DNA of 64,000 nt from Azolla caroliniana (Eukaryota > Plantae > Polypodiophyta): the NCBI GenBank assembly GCA_043228905.1, contig JBHGNT010000020.1, positions 9,176,001 to 9,240,000 of the forward strand. The letters are read 5' to 3'. The notes beneath the pieces were generated by a model that was given only the letters and a program-made list of their open reading frames with translations, made no database searches and was not told the origin of the DNA. Of this stretch, positions 1 through 11,582 are shown piece after piece; within the stretch, counting starts at the first letter, position 1, and every line of letters starts with the position of its first letter. A program made the translations under genes and the position numbers.

Positions 1-61
1 TAAAGAATAGTAATCCATCATGACATTCGAATTGTCGATAATTCGTACTTGGTTGTTGGGA

Positions 62-1591
62 CTATGAACAAGATGCTCGAGAGGGATCAATTTGTGATAG
101 AATAGCTTGAGCGAAAGCATCTGTCTTCAAGTCCTCATGTATGGTATGGATAATGTGGGAATCCAATGGCATATCGAAAACCCGCGTTGCTTGCAGTCGT
201 GTTGGTCCCAAGATTACTTGTTTTTGGTTATCGAATGCTAGCTCACCGGGATGCGGTGCTAGATACGAATGCCGCGATAACACATTTGCCTTCCCTTGCT
301 TCTTCCCAGGACGATATGTAATTTTGAAGTCGAAATAAGTGTAGATTTGGGCCCACAGAGCTTGACGTCGATTTAATACACGAGCATTCTGGAAGTAGGC
401 AAGATTTTTGTGATCGCTAAATACGGTGACTTGATGAGAAGATCCCTCCATTAGGTAAAAGAGTCCACTATTGCTAATAGCTCTTTATCTTGAATTTCAT
501 AGTTGATTTCGGCAACGTCAAGCTTGCATGAGTGGAAAGCCACAAGATGTAGCTTTTCATCATCGCCTTGTTGTGAAAGAATGCTACCCAAGGCGAAATC
601 CGGCGCGTCTGCCTCAATGATGAAAGGTTTTGCTGGATCAACATGAGCTAGAATAGGAGCTAATGTGAATGCCTTCTTAAGAATCTCAAAAGCCATGTCC
701 ACTTCTTTAGAACAAACAAACGACTGCCCCTTCTTGGTGAGGTGTGTGAGAGGTAGAATAAGCTTTGAGTAATCCTGGATAAACTTGCGGTAAAAATTGG
801 CAAAGCCTAAAAAGCATTGCACATCTCGCAACGAACGTGGAGTCTGCCACTCTATCACAACTTTGACCTTAGCTGGATCCATAGAGATGCTTTCCGAGGA
901 GATGACATAGCCTAGAAATTACACCTGGTTGCACTCGAAATTACATTTTTTTAGTTTTGCATAAAGTCCATGTTCTCGAAGCCGTTTTAGTACTAACAGT
1001 ACATTAGAATCATGCTCTTCTTGGGTCTTCGAATAAACCAGTAGATCATCTAAATAGATGATCAAACAAACATCCAAGAGATCTCAGGATATATCACTTG
1101 CCATGTGCTGGAAGACTGCTGGTGCATTAGTGAGACCGAAGGCATGACCGTATACTCGATGTGCCCATATTTGGTGCGAAACGCGGTCTTCCATTCATCT
1201 CCTGGTCGGATCCGTATGAGGCTATATGCTCCTCGTAAGTCGATCTTTGTGAAGAACCTTGCACCATTGATCCGTTCTAAAAGACTTGAGATAAGGGGGA
1301 GTGCATACCTATTCCTGATGATGCCCTTATTCAAGCCACGGTAAGCTACGATGAGACGAAGTGATCCATCCTTTTTCTTGACAAAGAAAATGGGTGCGCC
1401 GGCTGGAGATTTCAAATTTCGAATAAAACCATTTGCCAAATTGTCATCTATATAGGCTCGAAGGACTTCTAGCTCAGTTGGTGACGAGTTGTAGATCGGG
1501 CCCCATGGTGGCTCTTTTCCCGGTTGTAAATCAATGGGGCAATCATACGGTCGGTGGTGAGGAAGCTTATTGGCTTGTACCTTATTGAAAA
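62..1591 (-). pseudogene. pol: pol fragment (RT and RNase H) of the Tcn1-like element
   Basis: ORFs 1062-1439, 451-882 and 62-451 carry consecutive RT and RNase H motifs broken by a frameshift and stops. Confidence 0.92.
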
Positions 1592-2180
1592 TGTTACCCG
1601 TATAGGTGTACGAGAGGGTTAGGTATAATGTGGAAGGTGGTGTGTAAGGTGTAGTATGAAATGTGAATGTGTGAGTGTTAGGTGAGGTAAGTAGGTGTAA
1701 CTAACCCACTTGGCTTTTTATGTACTAATCTTGTACTATTTAAACCCCACTCGTAGGGCATGGAAAAAGAAGGAGAAATATAGTGAAGTTACCCTCAAAC
1801 CGTGTTTGTTTCAAATCTCTCTCCCTCTCTCATTAATTCTCTTTGTGCATCTCACTCTCCCTCTCCCTCACATTCAAAATCCCTTGGGAGGGGGGTGGAG
1901 CTGATCTTGGCTCCACCCCCCACCCATAAACACATGAAATGCCCTACGGCCTAACCCCCCTTGAGAAGAAGTCTCTCTCTTTCTCCCTCTCCATCACTAA
2001 TATCTCTCTCCCTCTCTACGTTTCTATATCTCTGTGTGAGAGCCAATCAGCGATGCCAATGGCGATTTATCCTACTTCTATTTCTAATGTATCCAAGGCC
2101 TGATGGACAATGCCTTTCAAACCCCTTCCCCATTTCTCACTCTCTTAGCCTAACACCCTTGGCACCCAGAAATGGTAAAA
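1592..2180. repeat. unclassified LTR-like fragment
   Basis: Begins with TGTTAC exactly where the host pol frame breaks; CT-rich tracts; 12-bp GC hairpin at 1890-1921; no matching end or TSD found. Confidence 0.4.
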
Positions 2181-2279
2181 TCTAAGGTTGTGCATGCCAC
2201 TCAATTGACAACCAAAAGAATGGAGGAGCTTTCGGCTAAGTTGTTAGCTTCTTATGGCTAGGTTATATCAGAGCATGGA

Positions 2280-2695
2280 AAAATTGGCAACATTTTGTTA
2301 ATAGCCACACTAATTAACATGTCTATCAAAGGTAGAACTATCAAGGATGCAAGAGAGGCCTTTGATAAAAATATAACAAGGAACATTGTGTGGAATGTAG
2401 TGATATCATGTTATTAAGAAAATATCTAGGAAGCTTTATAGCTTCTTAAATGGAACAAGATGCATTTGAGCCAAATGAAGTTACCTTCTAAAACATACAC
2501 AAAACAATCAATCGGACCTAGAACATTCGGCATACAAAATGCTATGGAAGTATTTCGTGCGATGTGAGAGTGAAATATAGTAACATGGCATGCCTTGGTT
2601 GGGGCTGTGTCTAGAAAGGTCTTGATGAAAAGGCTTTAGAGCTTCTTCAAAAAGTGCAAGAAGAGGGTGTGTAACATGATGAGATAGCTTATGGG
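2280..2695 (+). pseudogene. degraded PLS-class pentatricopeptide repeat (PPR) gene fragment
   Basis: Manual translation. From 2289: NILLIATLINMSIKGRTIKDAREAFDKNITRNIVWNVVISCY*. From 2541: AMEVFRAM*E*NIVTWHALVGA, then after a frameshift GLDEKALELLQKVQEEGV*HDEIAY. Both match the PLS consensus (ALIDMYAKCG..DA..VFD.M..R.VV.WN..I; ALELF..MQ.EGV.PD.IT). Confidence 0.75.
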
Positions 2696-2779
2696 AAAAG
2701 GGAACCAACAAATGGACAATAATCAGCCAGAGATGACAGTCGGCAGTGTGACAACCAAATAGAGAGCTGACTAGACAAA

Positions 2780-3205
2780 GACGCGGCCGCAAGAGGGCCG
2801 GACAATAGCCGAATAGCCGAAGTCTGGCAAGTGGCTGGAAAAACACGGCCAAACTGAGAGCCGGCTAGTGGAGCAACTGCCGAACAGAGCCGGCCGATGA
2901 AAATAAACGGCTGAGAGTACGGCATGGCCGAGAGCATGGCACGGCAGAGACATGGCCGAGATGTGGCCAAGACACGGCCGCGAGAGGGCCGAGAAGTCGA
3001 GAGACGGCCCAACCATGGCCGAGAAGCCGAGAGTTAGCTCAATCACGTCTGAGAAAGCGGCCGTGAACCAGAGAATCGACTGAGAAGCCGAGCGATAACC
3101 ACGAGATGGTCTAGTCACAGCCAAGAAGCCGAGAAGCCAAGAGTCGGCCCAGGCATGACCGAGAAAGGGCCAAGAGTACAACATGACCGAGAAAGGGCCA
3201 AGATT
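2780..3205. repeat. degenerate GC-rich repeat built on (G)GCCGAGA
   Basis: Many irregularly spaced GGCCGA/GCCGAGA motifs; probably an LTR remnant. Confidence 0.55.
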
Positions 3206-3209
3206 CCAT

Positions 3210-4608
3210 GAATTGGCTTGGGCAAAATTTCGATCCATGAAACATGAATTGGCTCCGGAATCTAAAAGTGCTAGGATTTGTATTGGGGGAGTACTTTTAG
3301 TACTAACCATGACTTGGGCTAGGAACACATTGCTAACTTCCTTGGAGGGAATGGAACCACTAATGGGATGTACAGATCTAGGGCTGTCCAACCAAATGAC
3401 TCCTATTTTGGCTGGACTCAATTGTTTAACTCTTCATCTAATTAACTAAGGATTTCAAATTTGTTTGAGATACTTTGGGCTATTAGTACTATTAATATTA
3501 TCAGACACTCTATTAGTACTATTAATACTATCAGACACTCCTAAGGGAAGAATTGACTCGGGTTTAGTACAGGCTACAATTTGATTTACCTGTCTTCCTT
3601 GCCTATGGGGACAATTGATTGCGATATGCCTTGGTCCACCGCAATAAAGACATAATCGGTTTGCACGTCGTCGTTGCTTTTCTTCTTCCGATAACGGGCT
3701 ACGTCGACGCATGGTGTCGATCTCCATTGGTGTTGGAGTATTTGTTTGAGGTATGTCTCGTGCAAATGGTTTAGCCATGACTGAGGCGTAAGTGGGCTCC
3801 GGCCTAGAGCGTGGTATTTGTAATTGACGTTCCAAACGTCGTTCAAAAAGGCGGTTATCACATCGGACCGCTCGACCAATTGCCTCTGTAAGAGACTTTG
3901 GTTCTTCGGGGAAGGTTAGAAGTAGATCTTTGACATCGTTTGGCAGGCCGTAGCGAAACTATTCCATTAGTGCCTGATCATCCCAGGGGATATTTGAAGC
4001 TAGTGCCTGATCATCCCAGGGGATATTTGAAGCGAGTAGACAGAAATCCGTCGCATAGGTAGAGGCTGGACGATTGCCTTGACGCAATCGTCAGATTTTG
4101 TTGATCGCCGTCCGGATGCTGTCTGTGTCTCCAAAGCAAGCTTTAAACTCACTAATAAAGTCTTCAAAGTTATTAAGTAAGGACGATTGTTTTTCCAGAA
4201 GCGGAGCAAACCATGCCAAGGTTGAGTTGCTAAGCAACGTGCCTATGAGGCCGACTCGGGATGCGTCAGTGGGGTATCGAGAAGGATGCATTTGAATGAC
4301 CAAGCGTACCTGATTGAGGAATCCCCTAAATTGCGATCGCGTTCCATCCAATTTCACAGGAAGTCCAATCTTGGGCTCTTTACGAAATCCTTGGGGACTT
4401 GATCCTTGTTGTTGCAACGCTGCTTCGAGTTGTTGCACACGTAACGCTAAATCCCCATGTTGTTGCTGCATTTGCTGTTTTTCTAGGGCGATTTATTGAA
4501 GATCCCCTAACAACCGTTGGTTTTCTTGTTCCAAGGCAACCAATTTTTCTTTTAGACATTGTAGCTCGGAGAAAACGGATTGGTATTCTTGGGCGCTAAC
4601 ATAAGTCA
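3210..4608 (-). pseudogene. gag: gag and N-terminal protease of the Tcn1-like element
   Basis: ORFs 4091-4471 and 3455-3835 (capsid and CCHC knuckle) and the LDSGANSCFM motif at ~3240-3270. Frame-preserving tandem duplications of 33 bp (3968-4033) and 30 bp (3481-3540). Confidence 0.88.
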
Positions 4609-4664
4609 TTGTATAGAAAAAGGATAAGAGGATGAGGGAAACCAAAAGAAAGACTAGAGAGGAA

Positions 4665-4675
4665 AATTGGTTCAA
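4665..4675 (-). promoter_or_regulatory. putative self-priming PBS (TTGAACCAATT)
   Basis: Lacks the TGG start of a tRNA PBS; exact 11-nt complement at 4914-4924, about 34 nt downstream of the LTR TATA box. Confidence 0.65.
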
Positions 4676-4677
4676 AC

Positions 4678-5120
4678 TGTTAGGAATAGTACTAAAACAG
4701 AGAGAGAATTAGTACTAGAGAAGGGAAGTACTATTAGTAGTAAGAGGACGGGATTGCGTAAGACTCCCGAGAGAGAAGAAAGAGAAGAGAAGAAAGAGAA
4801 GAGAAGAAAGAGAAAGAGAGATAGTGAGGACGAGAGAGAGAGATGATGATAACAGATGATATATTATAAAAAGAGTACTAAGTACAAGATGGCTATGAGG
4901 TTTAAGACTGGCGTTGAACCAATTTGGTTCAAAACAATGCCTTGTGCCTCCTTTTATAGTGCTCTCAGGAGTAGTCGAGAAATCTGGAATATACATTAAC
5001 TTCTTATAATAAAGTATAAATGAAAATAATATCCTACAAATTACAATAGATGGTGTGATGGTTAAGAGCCTGACCCATATACCATAAGGTTATGGGTTCG
5101 AGTCTTGCCATATCATGACA
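4678..5120 (-). repeat. 5' LTR of the Tcn1-like element (443 bp)
   Basis: TGT...ACA ends; minus-strand TATAAAA at 4958-4952; CT-rich leader; directly followed by the putative PBS (4665-4677) and gag. Confidence 0.8.
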
Positions 5121-5207
5121 GATACACGGTCGATATGCCCGGTAGGCCTCATCCAAAACTTGGAATTTACTTTGGGAGGACACGCTTTTACTGTGTCAAC
5201 CATAATC
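5121..5207 (+). pseudogene. Athila-like Gypsy G, protease fragment 1
   Basis: DTRSICPVGLIQNLEFTLGGHAFTVSTII; the frame resumes at 17155 once the solo LTR is removed. Confidence 0.75.
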
Positions 5208-5327
5208 TGATAAGTGCTTGGATTGCACCACAACCAGTCATGAAGAAGAGCACATCAACAAGGACGTAGTATGTGTTGAAGGACCTACGAAGATGAAACG
5301 GCAAGAGGAAAAGAGGCTAAGGGACGT

Positions 5328-6088
5328 TGTCGCGTTGTTACGCGCGTGCGTGGAGAAAGGCGGGACCGGGGGTCTTGGACTAGGGAGTGACGGAGCGTAG
5401 GAAGTCGTACTTGACCGTTTCCGGGGCATCCCAGAAGCACACCAGAAGCAACTGAAGGGAGAGAGAGAAAGAGAGGGAGCGCGTGCTTGACACCGACTCA
5501 CGCGCACACACACACACACACACACACATGCTGACCCGACTCACGCCCTTATGTACAGGAAACGCAGGAAAGGGGAAGCACCCGACACCAACAGAGACAC
5601 GAATATACACAGACAAACGCAAATGTATGTATATAAAAGGAAGAATACATTCCCGGCTTCGAGCCGGACCAAGGTAGGTTACAGTAGTCGTCGGCTGCCA
5701 AGCCGCCGGTTGGGGAGCTCACGGGCTTGTCGCGCCGAGCGGGGTCTTGCGCAGGAGACGAGCTGACGCAAACCCTAAGCGAACACGAAAGGGGGGGGGA
5801 AGAAGAAGAAGAAGAAGAAGAAAAATAACTCTAAACCTAACGCAAAACGGGCAACCCTTTCACAAAGGGCGCTCCCTTCCTTTTATAGAACAAGGAGAGG
5901 GATGCGTTACAATGTGGGATAAATCCCGACTTACATGGGATCGTCTGTCCCGACTTGACTACTCTTCGGCGCCGTAAAGGCGCCCTCGTTATTCACACTA
6001 AATGTACAAGGGTGAGCACACATGCTGCACCCCGCCGATGTAGCCAATGTTTCCCGGTTTCCGCCTCTGGCCGAAATTCTTCACGACA
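5328..6088 (-). repeat. B1 3' LTR
   Basis: Near-identical to 15912-16700; TG...CA ends; (CA)n and (GAA)n microsatellites. Confidence 0.93.
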
Positions 6089-7989
6089 TCTGCCCCCACC
6101 AAACCGCACGTCCACCGATACATGCCAAATCCGGTGAAGGGTGAGAGATTTCGGCCGGTGAGAAACCGGTCAACCGTGATCCACATCCCAGCTCGCTGCC
6201 GGTTCGAACCGTCGGCTTCGGTTCTTCCTTCGCGCTTACCTCCCCGTAGGCTCGTTCGACCCGTCGATTGGTCCTTCACCGCGATCTCCGTAGTACGCGT
6301 ACTTCCGCTGGCCCTTGCTCGGCCGTATGCACGCCCCGCTCTCCGTCGTATGCCCGATGTCCTTCGCTTGAGGAATGCCCGTAGTGGCCCGCTTCGCCTT
6401 TCCCGTTTTGCGCTGTTGCAACAAGTCTTGAGTCTTCCGCTTGCCGTCATCCCCTCGCCCCCACCAGCTTGTCATCCCGGGCTTGCCGTGTCAATCTTCG
6501 CTACTCTGACTGAGCTGTCGAGATCTACGAAGCGAGTGTGGAGGATCCTCCTCCGGACTCCCTTGTCATCCCCTGACTCCGACCCTATGCAGTCCACTAT
6601 GCACTCGTCACCTCGTTCCCGGCACCTCCCTTGTGCCGTCTTCCGCTTCCTTTGTTTGGCTCCGCCCATGCCGAACACCGTCCCGTAGTCACGCTTCGAT
6701 CCGGCCCTCGATGGCCACTTGCGAGACTCTTGTTCCGTCCTAGGTGTGCCTTTTCGGCCTGACGCACCTCCCCGTGTTTGCCCCTACTGGCTTCTTCCGA
6801 AACCGTAACCGGCCGGTGAAGGTTTCGCACTTCGTCCGCCCGTCTCACCGGCTCCCTATCCGCTACCTCGTGTCGTTGGGTCCCGTTCCTTGCCGCCACC
6901 GTCCTTCTCCCTAGGTCTCACGTTGCCACGTTGGCCGAACTGCCGGGGTCTCTGGATTAGTGTGAGGGTCCTATAGGACCGGTCTTCGTTTCGTCGCTTG
7001 TCGAGATCCGGGTGTCTTTTGTTTGAGTCCCTCCCGGACTCTCCTCGTGTCTTCCGCGTAGTCGGGTCCCGTTTCCCGCCTCCATCAACCTTCTCTCTCG
7101 GTCTCATGTTGCCATGTTGGCCGAACTACCAGAGTCTCTTGTTAGGTGTGGGGATCCCGTAGGACCGGACTTCCTTACACCCACTTACCTTGCCGGAAGG
7201 TCCGATTTGGTTCGTGGCCGCCTTGCCGGCCTAATACCTCCTTGCCGTTCGTCGCCTCTTGTCGTCCGATCACGTTCTCCTGCCGCCACCGATCTCCCCT
7301 ATAGGACTCATGCCGGCACTCGGGCCGACCACCGGATCGGTGTGAGTGTCTTCGTGGGACCTCCCCTTCTGGCTTCGGTTGCCCGCCTTGCCGCCGCCAC
7401 CATCCCTTACTCTAGGTCTCAAGCCTCCTCTTGTCGTTGGCTGTCGGAGTCTCTAGAACCGGTGCGTGTAAGGTCACAGCTGCTCCGCTCTGCCTTCGCC
7501 ATTCTCTTCTGTTGGTCACGTTCACCTGCCGCCACCGTCCTTTCCTATAGGACTCACGCCGGCTCTCGGGCCGACCGCCGGATCGGTGTGAGGATCTCCG
7601 TAGACCGCCCATCCGGAGCCCTTTGCCTTCGTCCCCTCGCCGCCACCGTTCGTCACTTTAGGCCGACCTCTGGCTCTCGGGTTGACCGCCGGTTTCTGTA
7701 GAACCGGTGTGAAGGATCCTCCTCGGGCTTGCCGTATCTCTGACCCTTATCCCGAGTCTTCCTTCTTTCGTAAGTCAAGAGGGTGGCTCGCTCCACACCC
7801 TCTCCCGTGGTATCGACGTACCGTGTTCCCGGCCTCTTCGTAGGCCCGCTCTCTTCCTCCCTCCCGGAATGGTCATCCGGAGGTCCGCTCTGCCTGGTTC
7901 TCATCCGGGTCCGTTCGTCCTTCTCCGGATTGCCGAGTCTCGTTCTCCTGTCGCCACTAGCCTTCTCCCTAGGTCTCACGTTGCCACGT

Positions 7990-10900
7990 AGCAGCATCGG
8001 AACCCCGGGCGGACCGGAGGACGAAGGATCGGATACCTTACCGACACCGGAACCGGAAGTGCTAACGCTGGAACCCCCGGAACCAGCGGAGGAAGAGCGA
8101 CCTCCGACACCGGAAGTCGAAGAGGAGAGGCCTCCGTCACCAAAAGAAGAGGAATAACCACTGACGCCGGAAGCAAATCGGGAAAGACCACCCACGCCGG
8201 AGAAAATTCCGGAATGAGCACCAACACTGCCAGCCCGCGCACCGATACCGGACGACGACATGCCGTTCCAGTACTCCAAGTATAGAGATGATCCGGAAGC
8301 GGAAGCTCACGTGCACGCCTTTGAACAGACCTGGGAAGCAAACCATGTGTCCCAGCGATTGACCCCGGATGAAGAGGAACGCTCTAAGATAGCGGAATTT
8401 GGCGTCACATTGGAGGGACCGGCAGCAAGATGGCGCCGGATGCAGGACCCGTCTACCATGAACACCTTTGCAGATTTAAAAGCTAAATTCTTGCATTTTT
8501 TCCAAAAGGAGGTGGACCAGACCGTAATGGTAGGCTTATTTTATACCATCCGACAGGAGGCAGGGGAGGGCATTCCCCAATTTGTCATCCGGTTTCAACG
8601 GATGCATAGTCAGCTTGCCCGCGCACCCCCGGAGGAGGAATTAAGGACTATATTCCTAAACGCGCTCTGGGAACCCCTACGCACGGTTTGCATGGTAATT
8701 GACTTCCACACAAGTACCATCGACCAGGTCATTGACCGGGTGAGAGAGATGTAAAAGACAAGCTCCTGGCTCACACTGGGAGCACTCCAACGGGCGTTAC
8801 TGTCCGATGAAGACCTCCGGTTTCGGCAAGCAATACAGTGCACAACCTGCTTGAATTCCGGACACTCGGCACTAGAATGCACTATGAGGACACAATGTGT
8901 AATCTGTCAATCCAAGGGCCATACGACGGATAGGTGCGAGTATACTCTATTGAACCGGCAAGAACCGCCCGTTCGACAAATAGAGCCACGCAGTAGCCGG
9001 GATGAAGAAGAGGAACGCTGGCGGCGAATGGACCGCGACCGACCTGCACAGGATGTCCGGTATGGCGATCGACGGGAGAATGATGTCCGGTACGGTGATC
9101 GGCGGGATAACTATGACCGGCATGATAGATATGATCGGTATCGGGATTACAATAGACGATATGAACATTACGACCGGGAGCACTCCCCCAGGTATCGTCA
9201 ACAACGGGAGGAATACAGCAGATATAATGAGCAACCTCGTCAAGAGTACCGCAATAAGAAGAATTATAACAAAAAACGGCATTTGAAAAAAGGCGGCTAC
9301 CCACGGGATCCGGAACAAGGAGCTTCAAGCAGCCAACCGGCCCAAAACCCCGCGCTTACCACAGGGCCGGCCTCGGGTACAACAGACAATGCCGAATCCA
9401 GCAATACCCGGAAAGCCTATTGCTACTACTACCGACAGGAAGGCCATTATAGTAATCAATGCCCGGTGAAGAGCTATAAAAAACGACCGGCAGTAAATAT
9501 GGTAGTCCTTGAGGTGGCAGATCTGTAGCAGGTGACGACAAGGTCGAAGGGCATGGCCAAGGAATGGGAGACGCAAGAGACCATTCAGAAGCAAGCGACG
9601 GAATGGGTAAAGAAAGCAAACGAGCAGAATGTCACAGACTTACAACGGCAAAAGGAGAACACCGTAGGGCTTGCCGACGGCAGTCACTTCGAGAATGAGA
9701 TATGGCAGGCGTTGCAAGAATGCCAGATTACGCTGCCACTAGGAAGACTCCTACAGCTCGTGCCAAGATTCACGGAAGGACTTAAGACGGCCATGACGGC
9801 AGAGTGCATCAACATGCTAGAAGGGTTAGCTGACGAAGAAAAAGCTCAGTACTTGCAAGAAAACCCGAAGATCATACCCCTCTTCGAAATTGACATTGCC
9901 GAAGCAGTAGCACCATACTTACCGCAGCCGGAAGAGGCTGAAGCAGAACCGGATAAAGACGCAATCCGGGAGTTACGGCAAGCGCAGGAAGCGTTGGAAC
10001 GGGAAATGGCTGTTTCACAGCGTGTAAAAGCGTCGCAATTGGAAGAGGTGAACCTAGGGACCACGAACGAAGCAAAACCGGTGCACATCGCCAAGGAGAT
10101 GAAGTCCGAAGACAAAACGGCGATGATCACACTTCTCACGGAATTTCGCGATGTGTTCGCCTGGTCGTACGAAGACATGCGAGGACTCGACCCTTAGTTA
10201 TACCAGCATCAGGTTCACTTGAGCAAGGACGCAAAACCAGTGGCACAAAGACGGTACCGGATGAATCCCAATTATGCCGCCAAAGTCAAGGAGGAAATCG
10301 ACAAACTGCTAAGAGTTGGCTTTATCCGTCTGGTAAAGAAAGCGACATGGCTGAGCCCGATCGTAGTCGTACCGAAGAAGAACGGAAAAATTCGAGTTTG
10401 TGTGGACTACCGGAAACTCAATGCGGCTACGGTAACAGATGCGTTTCCACTCCCGTTCACAGATGGAGTGTTGGATGCCGTCACCGGCCATGAGGTCTAT
10501 AGCTTTCTAGACGGATTCAGCGGGTATAATCAGATCCGGATGCACCCCGACGACCAAGAGAAAACGGCTTTCGTCACCGAATGGGGGGTGTTTGTGGCCG
10601 TGGTGATGATGTTCGGACTCAAAACGGCACCGGCAACATTTCAACGAATCATCATGGAAATCTTTGGTGAATATATCCCGGCTTTTATGCAGGTTTTCCT
10701 TGACGATTTCGCCGTCTATAGCCGGGAGGAGGACCATTTTCAGCACCTCCGTCTTTGTCTAGAAAAGTGTAGAGCGTACCGGCTAAGCTTGAATCCGGCA
10801 AAGTGTGTATTTGGTGTGTCCAGTGGAACTTTATTAGGACATATTGTGAGCCAAGAAGGTATTGCAGTCGACCCGGACAAAGTGAAAGCCATATTAGAAG

Positions 10901-11275
10901 CACCGGCAACGGCAAAGGCATTAAGCCGGTTCTTAGGCCAGATCCGGTGGCACAGCCGGATGCTCTGATACTTGGCCGACCTGGCTACACCGTTTCATGC
11001 CACCGTACATCGAACACCATTCCAGTGGACCGACACCGAGGATAGGGCGTATAGGGCCCTCAAGGTACTAGATTGTCGCAAGCACCGGTAGTGCAGCCTC
11101 CGGATTGGAGTAAAGAATTTCATGTGTTCGTGGACGCATCCGACATCGCAATTGGAAGCGTACTAATGCAGCTTACGGAGCCAAAGTGGTACCGGCCAGT
11201 GTACTATGCCAACCGAAAGCTATCCCAAGCAGAACGGAACTACTCTACCACGGAACGGGAAGCTCTAGGGATGAT
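7990..11275 (+). pseudogene. pol: J1 gag-pol remnant
   Basis: Consecutive gag, RT and RNase H ORFs separated mostly by single C>T-type stops. Confidence 0.9.
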
Positions 11276-11582
11276 CATGCAAAAGCGAGGAATGAATGGA
11301 CGAAAGAGTGAGGAGCGAAAAGGTACGTAGTGGGCATTTAAGCGCCACCACAGGACATAATGCTATTTTAGTACACGACGTGCACACATTCGAAAAAGGC
11401 GCCAGAATGCACAGAGAAAAACCATTGCGCGTGGAGACCCTCTACTTTCGCGAACCTAGGAGCACAGAAGCACCAAGGTGCTGCAAGATCATCAGACGAG
11501 AACCTACACACAGAGAACCCCCGCCTTTTGAACTCTCTCTCTCTCACTCTCACTCTCATCACCAGCCGACCTCGACACAAAC

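Larger units (their letters stand above)
1..5120 (-). mobile_element. Ty3/Gypsy chromovirus (Tcn1/Tf1-like), degenerate, runs off the left edge; interrupted at 1592-~3210
   Basis: On the minus strand, in order: 5' LTR 4678-5120; gag (EPKIGLPVKLDGTRSQFRGFLNQ; CLYCGGPRHIAINC knuckle); protease (ALLDSGA); RT ([31 protein letters not shown] near 1045-1060); RNase H (IEADAPDFALG, DKELLAI, SDHKNL). Confidence 0.92.

Noticed and set aside
2262-2275. TATCAGAGC resembling an iMet PBS
   Set aside because: It lacks the TGG start and an adjacent LTR end, and no gag follows.
5048-5116. functional tRNA gene
   Set aside because: Acceptor and anticodon stems do not pair convincingly; kept only as a tRNA-like promoter module.
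6047-7701. long GC-rich ORFs in B interiors (also 27340-28146, 29102-29924)
   Set aside because: Arg/Pro/Ser-rich with no motifs, and the frames are not preserved among B1, B2 and B3.
9050-9180. 27-bp repeats encoding DVRYGDRR in J1 gag
   Set aside because: Ordinary low-complexity expansion in a Gag linker.
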